Source: Phoronis australis (taxonomy: Eukaryota > Animalia > Phoronida). From it: DNA of 64,000 nucleotides. The stretch lies in NCBI GenBank assembly GCA_002633005.1, contig NMRA01000204.1, forward strand, positions 128,260 through 192,259. The letters are read 5' to 3'. Of the stretch, positions 1 through 22,789 are shown piece after piece; positions within the stretch are counted from its first letter, which is position 1, and each line of letters opens with the position of its first letter. A program made the translations under genes and the position numbers. Below the pieces are notes generated by a model. That model searched no databases and was not told where the DNA came from. It was given only the letters and a program-made list of their open reading frames with translations.

Positions 1-1169
1 TTTTCACTGCAGCAATAGTTATCAAAATAAAGTATTGATCATTTCACTGTGAGCTTTCTTATAACATTCTCCAAAATGAGTTTATGTTTATTGTCAAGCC
101 ACTGTGTTGATCCATAGGGCAATTCTTAACTCATTTAGCACACATTATGGCCCACAAGTGAAATTTTATTTTATCCACAAAAGTTTAAGTTAATATTAAA
201 AACATTTTAGTCTATTACAAGTATGGCTTGTATTGTGTAGATGTGATAAAATAACAAAAAAGTCCCATAATTTGCAAAAAAAAGTAATCTGCCTTTCAAA
301 AATGGACATTTTTATAATTATTTTTTGTGCAAAATAAATGTAGAATTACCAGCAATCAGAAGTATCCCAAGCTATTTAGTGGGAATATACTAACAATCAC
401 AAAACCGAACAAAACCAGCTTTACCTGTTTAAACACTTGCATAGTCTTTTCGAATGTTTCGTGTCCTCTAGGTACATTTGACATTAGGTTGATTTGGGGC
501 CTGCTATCCTTAGGATTAATTGGATGGGTGTAAGAAAGGTTGGAAGACCATGATGTTGGTACTAGGCTAAAGAGCAGGTCCCAGGAACGAGTCATTGACA
601 CTAGTTTTCCAGGTGTATTGTTGGTATACTTAAGACTGGCTTTTAAATGGACTCTTTTCTTTGTTGCTGACCAGAAACGTGTTCCAGCTAACTTTGATTT
701 CTAGCTGACTGGTTATCCATCTCGTCCGCTCCACAGGAACACATCTTTCAACTTTCACAAAGCTTCAAAGGGTTATGTAGGGGCGACACAGTAGTCGGAC
801 CGGTCCAAAAATCAATGTCCGTCGTGGCCTTCTCGTCAGGAACACCTCTGTAAATTTTCACAGTGATCCTTTGAGTAGTTTGGCAGACAGTGAGGCGGAC
901 GCCAGAAAACGGACGCAAAAATAATAAAGATGGTCACAAGGTGGTGTAAAACACGTCGAATCCGTCCGAAAATGGAATGACGTCGTCTTCTGGATAAAAA
1001 CTTATTTTGCGAATTTCCTGAAAATCCATCAAGGAACTCTGAAGATACTGAGGATAAGCGTAAAAAATAAAATTGGCGCTAGGGGCACAGTGGCACTAGT
1101 CAGATCGGTGCGACACAATTTTATTCGTCGTCTCTGGTCTCTGTCGTCTGCTTTATAGCCGGAACACTC

Positions 1170-1415
1170 CACTCATAAGATTCAGCAAGGGATTTAGGAG
1201 ATACAGTAGCAGACGCCGGAACAGAAATGACAATATCACACATAAATATGTCGAGGCATAAAAATGTGTTCCATTGTACTCTAACATACACGACATGTAT
1301 CAGGATCACCAACTTTTACTTTCTGAAGTTTAGTTCTTCTATGGAAAGTTCTACACTGCAACCAATGAAATCAGCTATTCATGGAATATTTCAAAGCTAT
1401 ACCGTAGACGTTTGA
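1170..1415 (+). mobile_element. Possible Crypton/tyrosine-recombinase C-terminal remnant
   Basis: Translation SARDLGDTVADAGTEMTISHINMSRHKNV...SSSMESSTLQPMKSAIHGIFQSYTVDV resembles the HSAR..T..L.DAG....I...SGHKN catalytic region and S-rich tail of Crypton-type recombinases. Heavily decayed; recognised from recall only. Confidence 0.35.
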
Positions 1416-2064
1416 CCATTTTTTATCTATGAGAAAAGCTATATCTGCAAATTTCGGATAATTAGTTGGAGTAACCGTTATTATTACATTACGTCACTGC
1501 ACCCTGATTTTTTTCTGAAGAATGTAATTGTATAATTTTGGATGAGTGCTTGACTTTAATTCTTCATAGCAACTGTGAGAGATTCATATTCTAAAACCCT
1601 TGTCTGGATTTGGTAGAAATGTTATAAAGCATTTAAATTTCTCGGGTAGTTTAACCAGTCATTTATATAACCTCTTAGGTTCATTTACTTTTCTTATGCA
1701 CCTTGTGATTTTTCGCATCTTGGTAACACTCAAGGTTTTAAGAATCCACAAACATTTTTAAACATGTCAGCTACGCGAAATGATAATTATTTGGAAATTA
1801 AATTATTTATCTTTTGCTTCTAGTATAATCATACACCATCAAAAACTGATTCGACTCTTGTGCAATTCGGTTGAAATGGCGAAGTTAAGAAAATTTTCAA
1901 AGACAGTAAATTATGCAGTAAGAACCAACACCGGAACAAACTGCTATGGTTTTTTCTTCTATTTTCTATCGTGTGATCGTTTATGACGTCGTTTTTAGGT
2001 TCAGTCACAATACACACTTTCTGTGATAACAACGTCACCCATTCTTCTACAACATCATTTGGCG

Positions 2065-2400
2065 CAGTTGGCAGGATTTAATGTGGCTGAGAAATCTCCA
2101 CGTATTCGTTAACTTCCGTTTACCTTATCCAGGAAGCGGTTCTTTTCTTATAGGGACAACAGGTGTTCCATACTGGTTGAATTGTGAGGGTTCCCAAATT
2201 CCACGTTTAATATCGGTATCATACGCCTGATTCAAGTCATCCAGTAATGCAAAAGGTACTGTGCGAGCTTTGCAGAATATTGTTTGGACGTCGAACTTGA
2301 ATTTTATTATTTCGAAATCTTTTAAACAACCCAGTTCGCATTTGAATAAGTTTGGAAATTCATTGCAGATGTTTTTGCATGTTTGCTGAAACTTTCTATC
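2065..2400 (-). mobile_element. Gypsy/Ty3 LTR retrotransposon pol fragment (pre-RT/RT start)
   Basis: ORF 2125-2568 ends EFPNLFKCELGCLKDFE...FCKARTVPFALLDDLNQAYDTDIKRGIWEPSQFNQYGTPVVPIRK. After a stop/frameshift it continues RIRGDFSATLNP, matching the Gypsy RT LRICGDY..TVNP motif. Confidence 0.85.
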
Positions 2401-2659
2401 TCTTTTCCCGTCCTCACGACAAACAACACCAACACAGTCCCGTTGGTTGTCCTCACGAAGAACACGACATAGAGCAGTGACATGAATTAGTATTCGACCA
2501 GCCGGTGGACTTGACACACTAGGCCTGGGTACGTTATACGTCACACTTATGTTGGTGGAGCTAAGCAACTTTCAAATTAAAATCGCTTTTCTTCTACTTA
2601 TCGTTCTTATGATACGCAGTGCCATGAAGGGAGGTCGAATGACGCTGACAATGTAGTCT

Positions 2660-3275
2660 CTTGTCAAAACATATCTTCCAATATCCGCCTCATTACAGAT
2701 CACTGCATATTTTACCGCTCCATCCAGAACCAAAAAGACTGCATCTCACTCCAACAGGATATCAACAAAGTCGCTGATTGCCAATCATGTGGGATATCCA
2801 ATTCAATGCATTAAGTTGTAAAGTTCGTCACGTGCATCGGAAAAGAATCTGTCCTCCAAGACTATTTCCTCCGTAGCTCACTCCCGACACCTCTGTCTGA
2901 GGCCAAACATCTTTGTAGCGCTACTATTTCCAACAATTTCATCTGGAATTCTCGTATTGATACAAGCGCTGCTTCTGCAAGTAAAGCCTTGGCTTTCTTA
3001 AATGAAACATTCGACACACTCCTAAAAAAATTAAGGAAATAGTTTATGCCGCTCTAGTCCAACCAGAACTAGAGAACTGCTCAACTATATGGTCATCTTA
3101 CACAAAAGCTCTCACTGACAAGATTGAAATGGTGCAGCGACGAGCTGCAAGATTTACCCTTAATAGATACCACAACAATAGTCAGTGAAATGATCGAACC
3201 ATTAAAGTGGGAATCCTCGAACTCCACCGCTACTTCTCCAAACTTTCTATATTCTATAAAATTGTCCATCGGATA
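2660..3275 (+). mobile_element. Decayed non-LTR (CR1/Jockey-group) reverse transcriptase 3' fragment
   Basis: Broken frames read ISSNIRLITDHCIFYRSIQNQKDCISLQQDINK (decayed FADD motif) and CSTIWSSYTKALTDKIEMVQRRAARFTLNRYH...LKWES...IFYKIVH. Confidence 0.85.
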
Positions 3276-3379
3276 GCCCGATTAATGATAGAGCCAGCAG
3301 CATGCGCGACTTTGCGCCGGATCAGATTGATATGCGATGGACAAAAGATGTATTACTATCCAGAGATACATCAGTTCCT

Positions 3380-3940
3380 GATGTAGAACACAGTTTATTA
3401 GAATTATTTGGTGACCAACAAATTAAACAGATATATATTACGCCTTTTAAACTGTTGCTCCAACCTCATTTGAAAGTTTTTAAGTATTATCACATTTACA
3501 AAAAAGTTTACACGAAATATTTTTTAAACAAAATGAAAACAGTCCAAAACGACAAATGCTCATTTTGTGGACTCGTAGAAACTTATAATCACTTGTTTTT
3601 AGAATGTGAGCATGTACTTTCTTTTTGGAATAAATTACAAACTTGGATTTCAAACGTCGTTGGCTGAAAAGCGTGTCCTGCTATTTGCATATTTTGGAGA
3701 TCATGGCTACGAAATTAATTACATATTAACGTTATTTGACACTGTCAAGACATGGAAAAGTATGAAATCTAGAGAATAACCCCCAGACTTGCTGGGATTT
3801 TTTGAAACATTTAGTATAAATTTAAGCAGAGCTGGACTGTGTGAATGTGAGAGTGAGTGTATTTTGGTTTGTTTTCTTTTCTATTGTATTCCATTGTTAA
3901 TTTCAGTTTCTGCAAATAAACTTATTAAAAATGAAAAAAA
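3380..3940 (+). mobile_element. L1/Tx1-type LINE 3' end (zinc-knuckle region and A-rich tail)
   Basis: ORF 3302-3667 contains YTKYFLNKMK...DKCSFCGLVETYNHLFLECEHVLSFW (C-x2-C...E...H.F..C...W zf-RVT pattern). AATAAA and an A-rich tract follow at ~3915-3940. Confidence 0.8.
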
Positions 3941-4827
3941 TACTTCACAATACTCGACTTCGAGTATGAAGTGTCACTAGAGAGATCTAGAGAAAGACCA
4001 GAGGAATCCGTTCTTCATGCAGAAAAAGATAAGGCATTTACGACTGAAATTTTTGACAATGTATTATTTTGTGTAAAACGTCTAATCCCAAATAACAACA
4101 TATAAATCTTAATAACAGTTTTCCACACGTCCATAAAGACTTCGCAGTTGAAATCTAAAATGGCTGTGATCTCGTGAAAAGAATCGTACGTTGACATCTT
4201 AACCGTTCGAAATTGGGCAACTCGACCGGTTTGCGCACCTCAGAATCTGCCGGTTTAGGTCAAAGACGCCATGTTGTTGTGGTTAATTAAATCGCCTTAG
4301 ACTGCTGATGTTATCGTCCTATAAATAATGAGACCCATCATAAACACATCGAGGGGACAATAGCATTTTTTAAATTTTCGTTTTGAAATTTTGCACACGT
4401 GACTAGGTCGTTGAATTTTTGAAAATTTTGACAATAAAGGTGACTTTTACAACATAAAACCTTTGTTTAATGTTGCAATAATATGTTCCTCATAAATTCT
4501 GTTTGGTGTGCAACAAACCACCAGGCAGCAATTGAATGTTGACGTCAGCCAAGTGCCATCGTACCATGCTTGGCGTGTATTATGTAGTAATTCACCAGAA
4601 TGGATCAACATGGCAAAATGGATATATATGCCGGGAGCATCCTTCATGCCCAATTTCAGGTAAATTTCACGGCCCATTGAGGCAAGCAAAGAACGTAAAA
4701 TATTGGATCAAAAACCTGTGATTTGTACAGTAACATATTGTCTGTGGCTGAGCCTGTGAACGCCTTACTAGAATGGCTAACTGTAGCTCAGTGATAAAAT
4801 ACAGAACACGGAAAGGCGATGTAATTT

Positions 4828-14372
<9,545 letters not shown>

Positions 14373-16191
14373 GGTACTCGCTCAGTTCTAGGAACCAGTA
14401 AGTTCAGTTGTATGATCGTCTGCTCAACTGGACTAAACGAAGCTGTAGGCCTGTAATGACAATATTGGCCGATGAAAGACATCGCTGAACTGAATACATT
14501 GTGTATGTTTCTATCGTGTCAACTATGTGGGCCGGGGTGTATACTGTATAGGCCAACCAATAATTAATAGGTTTCCAAACTAGTGGACCTATATTCAGAA
14601 CTGGCCAAAGTCTCTTTCCTGTCTTGCAATCAGGGTTTTCACGTCCGACATCTTTTTTGTTTTGTTCCCTTAAAACAAAATTGTCGACTTTTCAGTGAAA
14701 AACTCAGCAGTCATATAGAGTGCAGAGTATAATGAGGCCGGAATTCAAGGCAGCGACCAAAATAGTAGATCTGTCACTGTATTATTCGCATAATCTGAAC
14801 TTACATCAATGCCAAATTTATATAAACATTATAAAACAAGACGAAAACCGCACCCGATACCAGTACAAGTCGCTGCACGTTCCGATTCCTATTTCAGGGC
14901 TGCCCCCCCGGGAGTGTTTACCAGACCGTAAATCGGGCAACATTGTGTACTATTGTGTAGCGTTTTAACGTCATTGTATCGCTTTTGAAAAGACTTATAC
15001 GCCCTTATCTATGGAAAGCCAAAGCGCACAAATTCGAGCCCTATATAGGATTTGAAAACAGGCCAAACATTTTTACTTTGTCGGACAAAAATACTCAAGA
15101 ACGGAATTTTTACTTATGCAAGAATAAACGGCCCAACGCATTATTTTCGCCCTGCAAAACCAAACTAAAAACTCTAAATCAAAATGTATCACGTCGGAAC
15201 CAACAATCTATAACGTCAGGACCTACAATATATCATTTCTGGACCGAAAATTTAACACGTCGGGACCAAATCATAAGAGCCATTCCACGAGAACATCAAA
15301 AGAAATCAAACAATCATTCTACGTAGGGATCATGTTTTAGATTTAGCTTAAACTTTGTGTGTGTGATCGGGGTGTGGGACTGATACAAAAACACCAGTTT
15401 TGTACTTATGGACCTCTCAACATTTTCCCTATAGGCCTGCAAAGGATTACGAAGAAAATGGCGCATCTTTTGCATACCGAAAACAGCAATTTTCCAATAC
15501 CAAAAACAGGCAGATTGCATGCAATTAAAGGAAACACATAATGGGATTATCAATTGATAAATGAGGACTCCCATTTAAAATTCATTTGATACAAATAATT
15601 TCGCTGCATCCAACACGTGACAGGGGAGGTAAATCTGGAGGCAACATTCTATCAGCCAGTATTTGAGGGGCTGTAGACATTGAAGGATATGTTTATGGAT
15701 AGATCTTGGAATGTTTTTTGTAACATGATCACATTTATAAATGGTTTCAAGCAGAATTAATTAATTAATTAACGAGAATCCACATTTTAGAGACCATAAT
15801 GCTGTCTGACATATCTATACATCATTTAACTCATTGAGCGTTCACGTCTGAGTGGGTCGAAGTTAAGCACGCACAGGTGATGGATGATTTGACTAGTGCC
15901 AATACCTAAAATGGCTTTTCGCCTTCAGAGACAGCTTTAAGGCTAATACGAATATCATGTGATATTCCGATAAGTGCACTCTAGACAGGAGATTTAGCTT
16001 TTATTGATAAGCAATATTTCATAAAAGCTTCGAGACTATTTATGAAGCGGGCGAAACGAAAATAAAATTAATATTAATGGACATTATTATTGTGCCAAAA
16101 ATACTCATAGAAGCACACCGTTTGCGGAGCTGGAGTGCAGAGCCGAGTAGGCGGGGCGGGCCAAGCTACCGGAGCTGGCAGCACGTGCTCT

Positions 16192-18784
16192 TAGTGGTGG
16201 ATCTACGTTTTCAGTAAGGGGGGCTTAGGATTCCCGCAGAGGTCCTGCGTGGCGCCGAGCGGGGGAAACCCCCTCTCGTGTAAGACAATTTTTTTGTTTT
16301 TGTAGCCAAACAGTGAAATTTCCATGCATCCTAGTAAGTTTTTGGCACTTAACATGTCTCTGAAGATTTTCTTAACATAATTAAAAACCCTTCTCGATTT
16401 CATCACAGGAACTTGGCACATACGTTTCGTGAAACCATCTTTGTGCACATCTGGCTATGAGTCACACCACCAGTAAAAATTTTTGTTGGAACATCTGCTT
16501 ACACACACCCTTTCTAGCATACAAAAAGTATGGTGTGTATACAGGGGCTTAGACAACTACCAAATATTCAAGAGCATAAGGAGCTCCGACGGGGCGTAAA
16601 AACTTGAATATCAAATGATCGCAACATCCTCAAGCAGTTTAAGAACGAAGATCTGTACTGTTAGTTCTGTCTCTTTGCGAGAAAAACCTGGCGAATGATG
16701 GTGCTCTCGGCTCATAGTCTATTATTAAAAGCGACAATTAAACAATTAAGTATCGCTTTATTAAGCTGAATCAGGTTGACACAATTGAAAAACGTCAAAT
16801 GTATCAGGAAACGAATCATCTGAAAACAGTTTCACGAAACCAAAACATTCTGTACACTTTGTGGTGAAAAGATAACAGGACCAGTTCGAAGAGGGACCAG
16901 ATGTACACTGAGAGTACACAAAAATTCTGGCCTGGTCCGTCACCAGACCAAATGTACACCTGTGCTTATTATCCCTATATAAATAGTAGATCTGTCTTGG
17001 GACCAAACAGTACTGACTGAGATAAATAGTTTTACAAAGCACACTTTGGTAAAAACATCACAAGACTAGTTCGCCGAGGAACCAGAAGTACACTGAAACC
17101 CCGAACACAAATCAAGCTGGCCTGGTCCGTCGCGAGACCTAAAATGTACTTCGCAAAAAACTTTGAATTGAAAACTTCTCTCTAGACACTTTTTAATCCC
17201 CAGTGGTTGCTCATACGTGTATTTTACACATCTGGTGCTCAACTGCTGCGAGAGGTTGTCTAGGAAGGATTTTCGCACCGTTCTGTAGTACTCACTGGAA
17301 GAAACAAGTATTGAGTACAGATTTAACTACGCACTACGTGAAATAGATTTTGGATATGAAGCAGATAGAGCCAAGTCGGTGGAAATACAAACCAGAATCA
17401 GTTTCTGTGCGCTCGTAGACCCTCTGCTGTACTGGGTAAATTTGGCATGTTCAAAACTAATTTCTATTTCGTTTTCATTGTACACTAGCTTAAAATTCCG
17501 ACATTATATACAAACTGTGTAGAATTATAACTTATTATGTTGGTCCTATCTATCTGTTGTCTAGACTGCCGAGGAATCTGTACATCGGATCGAATGGTTT
17601 GCTCGTCTTGGAACCATTCTACCCAGACATCTTCGATGTTTGTTCCCAAGACTTGCACTTCGTCAACTGCTGTGTCAGTGAGCTTGTTAGCCTTTACAAT
17701 GTCAGCATCTCGTTTCGCAGCTCAGTTGGCACTAAGCTCCCTGAGGTTGCTAAGTCCATTCAAAAGACTTACAGCATGCGCAACTAAATTTGATCCGTTC
17801 GTCATGGACTGCTTCAAACCTCGACGATGTATCTCAGGACATATTTGCATCTCTTGCAATTTTTGAAATAAACGTCCCAATGTCTGAACGCTTGAAACCA
17901 GAAGTACTAACATCAAATAAATGCCCATGGGCATGGGCGTTTCGTCTGGTGGGCCTTTCTGCTGAAATTCCCAGTATAATGAGAAAACGGCAGTGGTGCT
18001 TATTGCAGGTAGAAAGACGGTAGGTGTTGACGTCGGCACTAGGGCTCCTTAGGAGGCCTATTGAACATCGCACGAGTCCAGCAAAACTTTGTTGTGAAAG
18101 TACAGCTTCCCCGCAATATCTGGTACTGTACACTGTTCGAGAATGCGATCACTTTGTGGTCATTCCTTGTGTAGACATATCTTGTTAGAGTGCATCTTCA
18201 AACGGACTTGCGACCAGACCACGGCGTCAGCCACGATACAAATTCTTCGGAAAACGATTTTCAAAAATATTACGTGTATAGTACACTGTATGATATTGCG
18301 CAAGGCGACTTTACTATACACCAGTCAAATTCGAGTTACAAACGTGTGGAGTGTAATAGGATGACACGGCATGACAGATGAGGTAAAAACGTTGCACGTC
18401 AATTCGCCTGAATATCAGGGTTGTGGCACCACAGCATTTCCCCTAATCAAATCCAAACATATCATAGAGTAAAGAAGCTAGTTACGTAAAGAAATCAGTT
18501 ATAGAGCTGTTCTTTCAGCAGTGGATCCATCTAAAATGCTTGGCTACTTCAGAAGTGTCGACGGAAGCGCGCGCACAATTGATCTCCGCGCGTTTTGCCG
18601 ATGAGCCACGAAGACTCGAAATGCGTTGATGTTCAAAACAGTAATTTACAATGCAAAAAAAATTATATTTTTCCTCAATTTTTCCAAGTTGGTTTACTTG
18701 GGGTTTACACACGCTGGCGATACCGTTTTTGTTTTGCTGGAGGTTTAAACCCCCTGAACCCCCCCGGCCGTAGATCAGCCAATG
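16192..18784 (-). mobile_element. Fossil hAT DNA transposon (~2.6 kb) with decayed PRKRIR/ZMYM1-type transposase
   Basis: Degenerate TIRs TAGTGGTGGATCTAC (16192) / GTAGATCAGCCAATG (18784). The minus strand at ~17220-17800 reads HAVSLLNGL...DADIVKANKLTDTAVDEVQVLGTNIEDVWVEWFQDEQ...IPRQSRQQIDRTN and SSEYYRTVRKSFLDNLSQQLSTR, typical hAT C-terminal motifs (PR...RQ..R.N; EYYR....P.LD.L..EL..RF). Confidence 0.7.
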
Positions 18785-18789
18785 GACTT

Positions 18790-19410
18790 TAGTCCCGTAA
18801 CTTGCAGAGCCGAATAGGCGGGACGTGGCAAGCTGGCCATAAGTGAAGCGTGCCCGATAGTCCTGTAATCTGCAGAGGGCGAGAAGGCGTTACGGGCCAA
18901 GCTCTAGTCGCAGCCGGAGGCAGTGCGTGCTCTCAGTCCAGTAACCTACAGAGCCGAGTTGGCGGGACGGGCCAAGCTGCGGAGACAACGCGTACCCTAC
19001 TCCCGTAACCTGCGGAGCCGAGTAGCCGAAAAGAGCAAAGCTGCCGAAAGAAGCACCTGCCCTAGTCCCGTAACCTGCAGAGCCGACTAGGAGGAACGGG
19101 ATAAGCTGACGTAGGGGGCCTGCGCCCAAGTCCAGTGGCCTGCCTCCCGTTCAGTAACGCTAGGACCTCGCTAAAAAGCAAGACTTCACGAGATTACGTT
19201 AGATATTGTCGTGTATTTTGAAATAGAACAAGTGACCTTGACTAGATTTTTAGCTAGGTCCTAGCGTAGGTCCTAGCCCTACTGAACGCACGCCTGCAGA
19301 GCCGAGTAGGCGGGGCGGGCCAAGCTGCCAGAAGCGTCTCGTGCCGTAGTCCCATAATACCCTGCGAAGCCGAGTAGGTGGGACGGGCCAAGCTGCCGGG
19401 GGCGGCGANC
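18790..19410. repeat. GC/CpG-rich ~60-bp minisatellite
   Basis: About 8 diverged units of agtcccgtaacctgcagagccgagtaggcgggacgggccaagctgcc. One further unit at 16136-16191, on the other side of the hAT element. Confidence 0.85.
19142..19294. mobile_element. Palindromic MITE
   Basis: Inverted ends CGTTCAGTAACGCTAGGACCT...AGGTCCTAGCCCTACTGAACG; closely similar copy at 33726-33878. Confidence 0.75.
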
Positions 19411-19530
19411 TAAGGCAAGGCAAGGCAAGGCAAGGTCCTAGGGCAAGGCAAGGCAAGGCCCTACGGCAAGGCAAGGCCCTACGGCAAGGCCGGGCGAGGC
19501 GAGGCCCTACGGCAAGGCCGGGCGAGGCCG
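19411..19530. repeat. (AAGGC)n-based microsatellite
   Basis: aaggcaaggcaaggc runs with ccctacggcaaggc variants. Confidence 0.85.
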
Positions 19531-20001
19531 CTGCCGCTGCCGTTGCCGTAACCCAAAACCTCAAGTCAACCCCATGCATGCTACTTTGCCACCTGTAACC
19601 CGTCCCTTTTTTGGGTAATAAATAGGGTATTTATATTTTTTATTTCTGTTAGCCCTCTTGTTCTCAGGGCACGATTTCACTCCATGTATGTTTAGCAATG
19701 AAATGTCTGTTAGGTGAATCTTGTTGATAAATGTACCCAAACGTGCTATTCCTTATTTATGTTATTGATTGAAATATCCTTCGCTTGACAGTTGTTTAGT
19801 AATCATACCACATTTTGAAGATTTCCACGGCAGTCATCTGGTCTTTATCCCAAATCTTAACTCTACTACATATTTGCTTCATTGCAACATGTACCCGGGC
19901 GGCCGCTTCATTGATACTCGATAGAAGTATGAGTGTGGGTATGAAGTGATATGATTAACTTTATTGCTGAAATACTTTGAATACATACAACAGTACAGCA
20001 T

Positions 20002-21218
20002 AAAAATTCGACCATATAAAACTAATGCTTAATATAAAACACACTGATAGATTTAACAAAAAGTTAACGAATACTAAATTGATGTATATACCCTAATACA
20101 AACTGCATGACTACGAGTTACATAGACACAATGACTTTTTCCAAAATGTATGGATTATAGAAGAAGACTTAAAATCAGATTCAGTCATACCACAAAAAAT
20201 GACATTAGAATTGTCACGAAGATGACATCAAAATCGGTGTATACGTTTTCGTAGAGTCAGTTTACAAAACTGAGCATCAAAAAGTACATACAGAACTGTT
20301 ACTTTCAAATTTAGAAAATCCTGTGAAACACTTGAACACAGATATGAGATATTAAACATGTTGGAATTCCATAAACAGATGGGAGCTATGCATTGGATGA
20401 CAGAAAGAGATAAGCAACTGATTTTACAGGGAGACAACACAGTAGGGGTGAGCATATAGTTTTCTTCGTAAGCGTGAGATGTCATAGTCAACCATAATAA
20501 AAATAATTATATCACCAAATATTCAATCTCTTGTAGAACCTTTAAAGGTTCATCATAATAATAGCAGTTGTGTAATACAGGGCTTCACAACAATTAACTT
20601 TTACAGCACATAACAGTACCCTCCCTTGATAGTGATATTTAAGTTCACGTGGTGAATCACAATGTCCACATACAGCAAGAAGTTCAAAAAGACCATCAAA
20701 TGAGGGTGACAACAGAACAAGATCACCTGCATATATTAAATCGTTGATGTACACAGAAGATACTACACAAACAATTACATAATCATTCAAAAGTGAGTTT
20801 AGTCCATCCATGTCCACGATAAAAAGGTTACATGACAGTATGCCATCTGGTCCTACACCATTTGAAGCTTTGTAGAATGTTGACAGAAACAGTCTTTTTC
20901 ATGACAATTGATGGACACTATTCGAATAAAAGTTTGTAGTTCGCTTCTATGTATTGAATATCAACGGTGTTGATAGCAACGTACTGAAACCCAGGTCCAT
21001 CAAATTTAAGGAAGAAATCCCCACCTCTACTTATTAAAATTACATCACTCGATTTTTTAAACTGTATTGTCAATCCTGTTAGAGGCAATGCAGGAAATTT
21101 GGTGCACTGGTACTGGTTGTGACGCCGTGTTCCCTCATGTTAATGCTCTACAACTCAATCAAAGTCCAGTGGCTTGACAAATGGAAAAGTCACTGAAATC
21201 AAGTCACCAAGAATAAAA
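20002..21218 (-). mobile_element. Decayed LINE reverse-transcriptase fragment, copy 1 of a duplication across the gap
   Basis: YINDLIYAGDLVLLSPSFDGLFELLAVC (YADD-box remnant); nearly identical to 21472-22682. Confidence 0.75.
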
Positions 21219-21471
21219 NNNNNNNNNNNNNNNNNNNNNNNNNNNNNNNNNNNNNNNNNNNNNNNNNNNNNNNNNNNNNNNNNNNNNNNNNNNNNNNNNN
21301 NNNNNNNNNNNNNNNNNNNNNNNNNNNNNNNNNNNNNNNNNNNNNNNNNNNNNNNNNNNNNNNNNNNNNNNNNNNNNNNNNNNNNNNNNNNNNNNNNNNN
21401 NNNNNNNNNNNNNNNNNNNNNNNNNNNNNNNNNNNNNNNNNNNNNNNNNNNNNNNNNNNNNNNNNNNNNNN
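21219..21471. other. Assembly gap
   Basis: Run of N. Confidence 1.
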
Positions 21472-22682
21472 AAAAATTCGACCATATAAAACTAATGCTT
21501 AATATAAAACACACTGATAGATTTAACAAAAAGTTAACGAATACTAAATTGATGTATATACCCTAATACAAACTGCACGACTACGAGTTACATAGACACA
21601 ATGACTTTTTCCAAAATGTATGGATTATAGAAGAAGACTTAAAATCAGATCCAGTCATACCACAAACAATGACACTAGAATTGTCACGCAGATGACATCA
21701 AAATCGGTATATACGTTTTCGTAGAGTCAGTTTACAAAACTGAGCATCAAAAAGTACATACAGAACTGTTACTTTCAAATTTAGAAATCCTGTGAAACAC
21801 TTGAACACAGATATGAGATATTAAACATGTTGGAATTCCATAAACAGGTGGGGGCTATGCATTGGATGACAGAAAGAGATAAGCAACTGATTTTGCAGGG
21901 AGACAACACAGTAGGGGTGAGCATATAGTTTTCTTCGTAAGCGTGAGATGTCATAGTCAACCATAATGAAAATAATTATATCACCAAATATTCAATATCT
22001 TGTAGAACCTTTAAAGGTTGATCATAATAATAGCAGTTGTGTAATACAGAGCTTCCTAACAATTAACTTTTAAAGCACATAACAGTACCCTTGATAGTGA
22101 TATTTAAGTTTACGTGGTGAATCACAATGTCTACATAGAGCAAGAAGTTCAAAAAGACCATCAAATGAGGGTGACAACAGAACAAGATCATCGGCATATA
22201 TTAAATCGTTGATATACACAGGAGATACTACACAAACAATTACATAATCATTCAAAAGTGAGTTTAGTCCATCCATGTCCACGTTAAAAAGGTTACACGA
22301 CAGTATGCCATCTGGTCCTACACCATTTGAAGCTTTGTAGAATGTTGACAGAAACAGTCTTTTTCATGACAATTGATGGACACTATTCGAATAAAAGTTC
22401 GTAGTTCGCTTCTATGTATTGAATATCAACGGTGTTGATAGCAACGTACTGAAACCCAGGTCCATCAAATTTAAGGAAGAAATCCCCACCTCTACTTATT
22501 AAAATTACATCACTCGATTTTTTAAACTGTATTGTCAATCCTGTTAGAGGCAATGCAGGAAATTTGGTGCACTGGTACTGGTTGTGACGCCGTGTTCCCT
22601 CATGTTAATGCTCTACAACTCAATCAAAGTCCAGTGGCTTGACAAATGGAAAAGTCACTGAAATCAAGTCACCAAGAATAAA
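21472..22682 (-). mobile_element. Decayed LINE reverse-transcriptase fragment, copy 2 (likely allelic redundancy)
   Basis: YINDLIYADDLVLLSPSFDGLFELLALC. Starts exactly at the gap edge and repeats 20002-21218 with scattered SNPs and indels. Confidence 0.75.
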
Positions 22683-22789
22683 AGAAAGTTAATTATTAAC
22701 CTCCGAGAAGGAATATAACACAGATCACCCGAAATGATTGAGAAAATCACCCAATTACACAACTTCCAGCCATCCGCTCCGCGGTTTTG

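Noticed and set aside
1-1110. 5' end / ORF1 of a LINE on the minus strand
   Set aside because: Composition is suggestive, but I could not read any diagnostic motif.
18790-19410. CRISPR-like repeat-spacer array
   Set aside because: Eukaryotic context, no cas genes, and the intervening segments are related to each other; it is a minisatellite.
21155-21566. Long ORFs containing X
   Set aside because: Artefacts of the N gap.
20002-22682. 1.2-kb tandem duplication as a real segmental duplication
   Set aside because: The copies end and begin exactly at the N gap and differ only by scattered SNPs/indels, typical of unmerged allelic contig ends.
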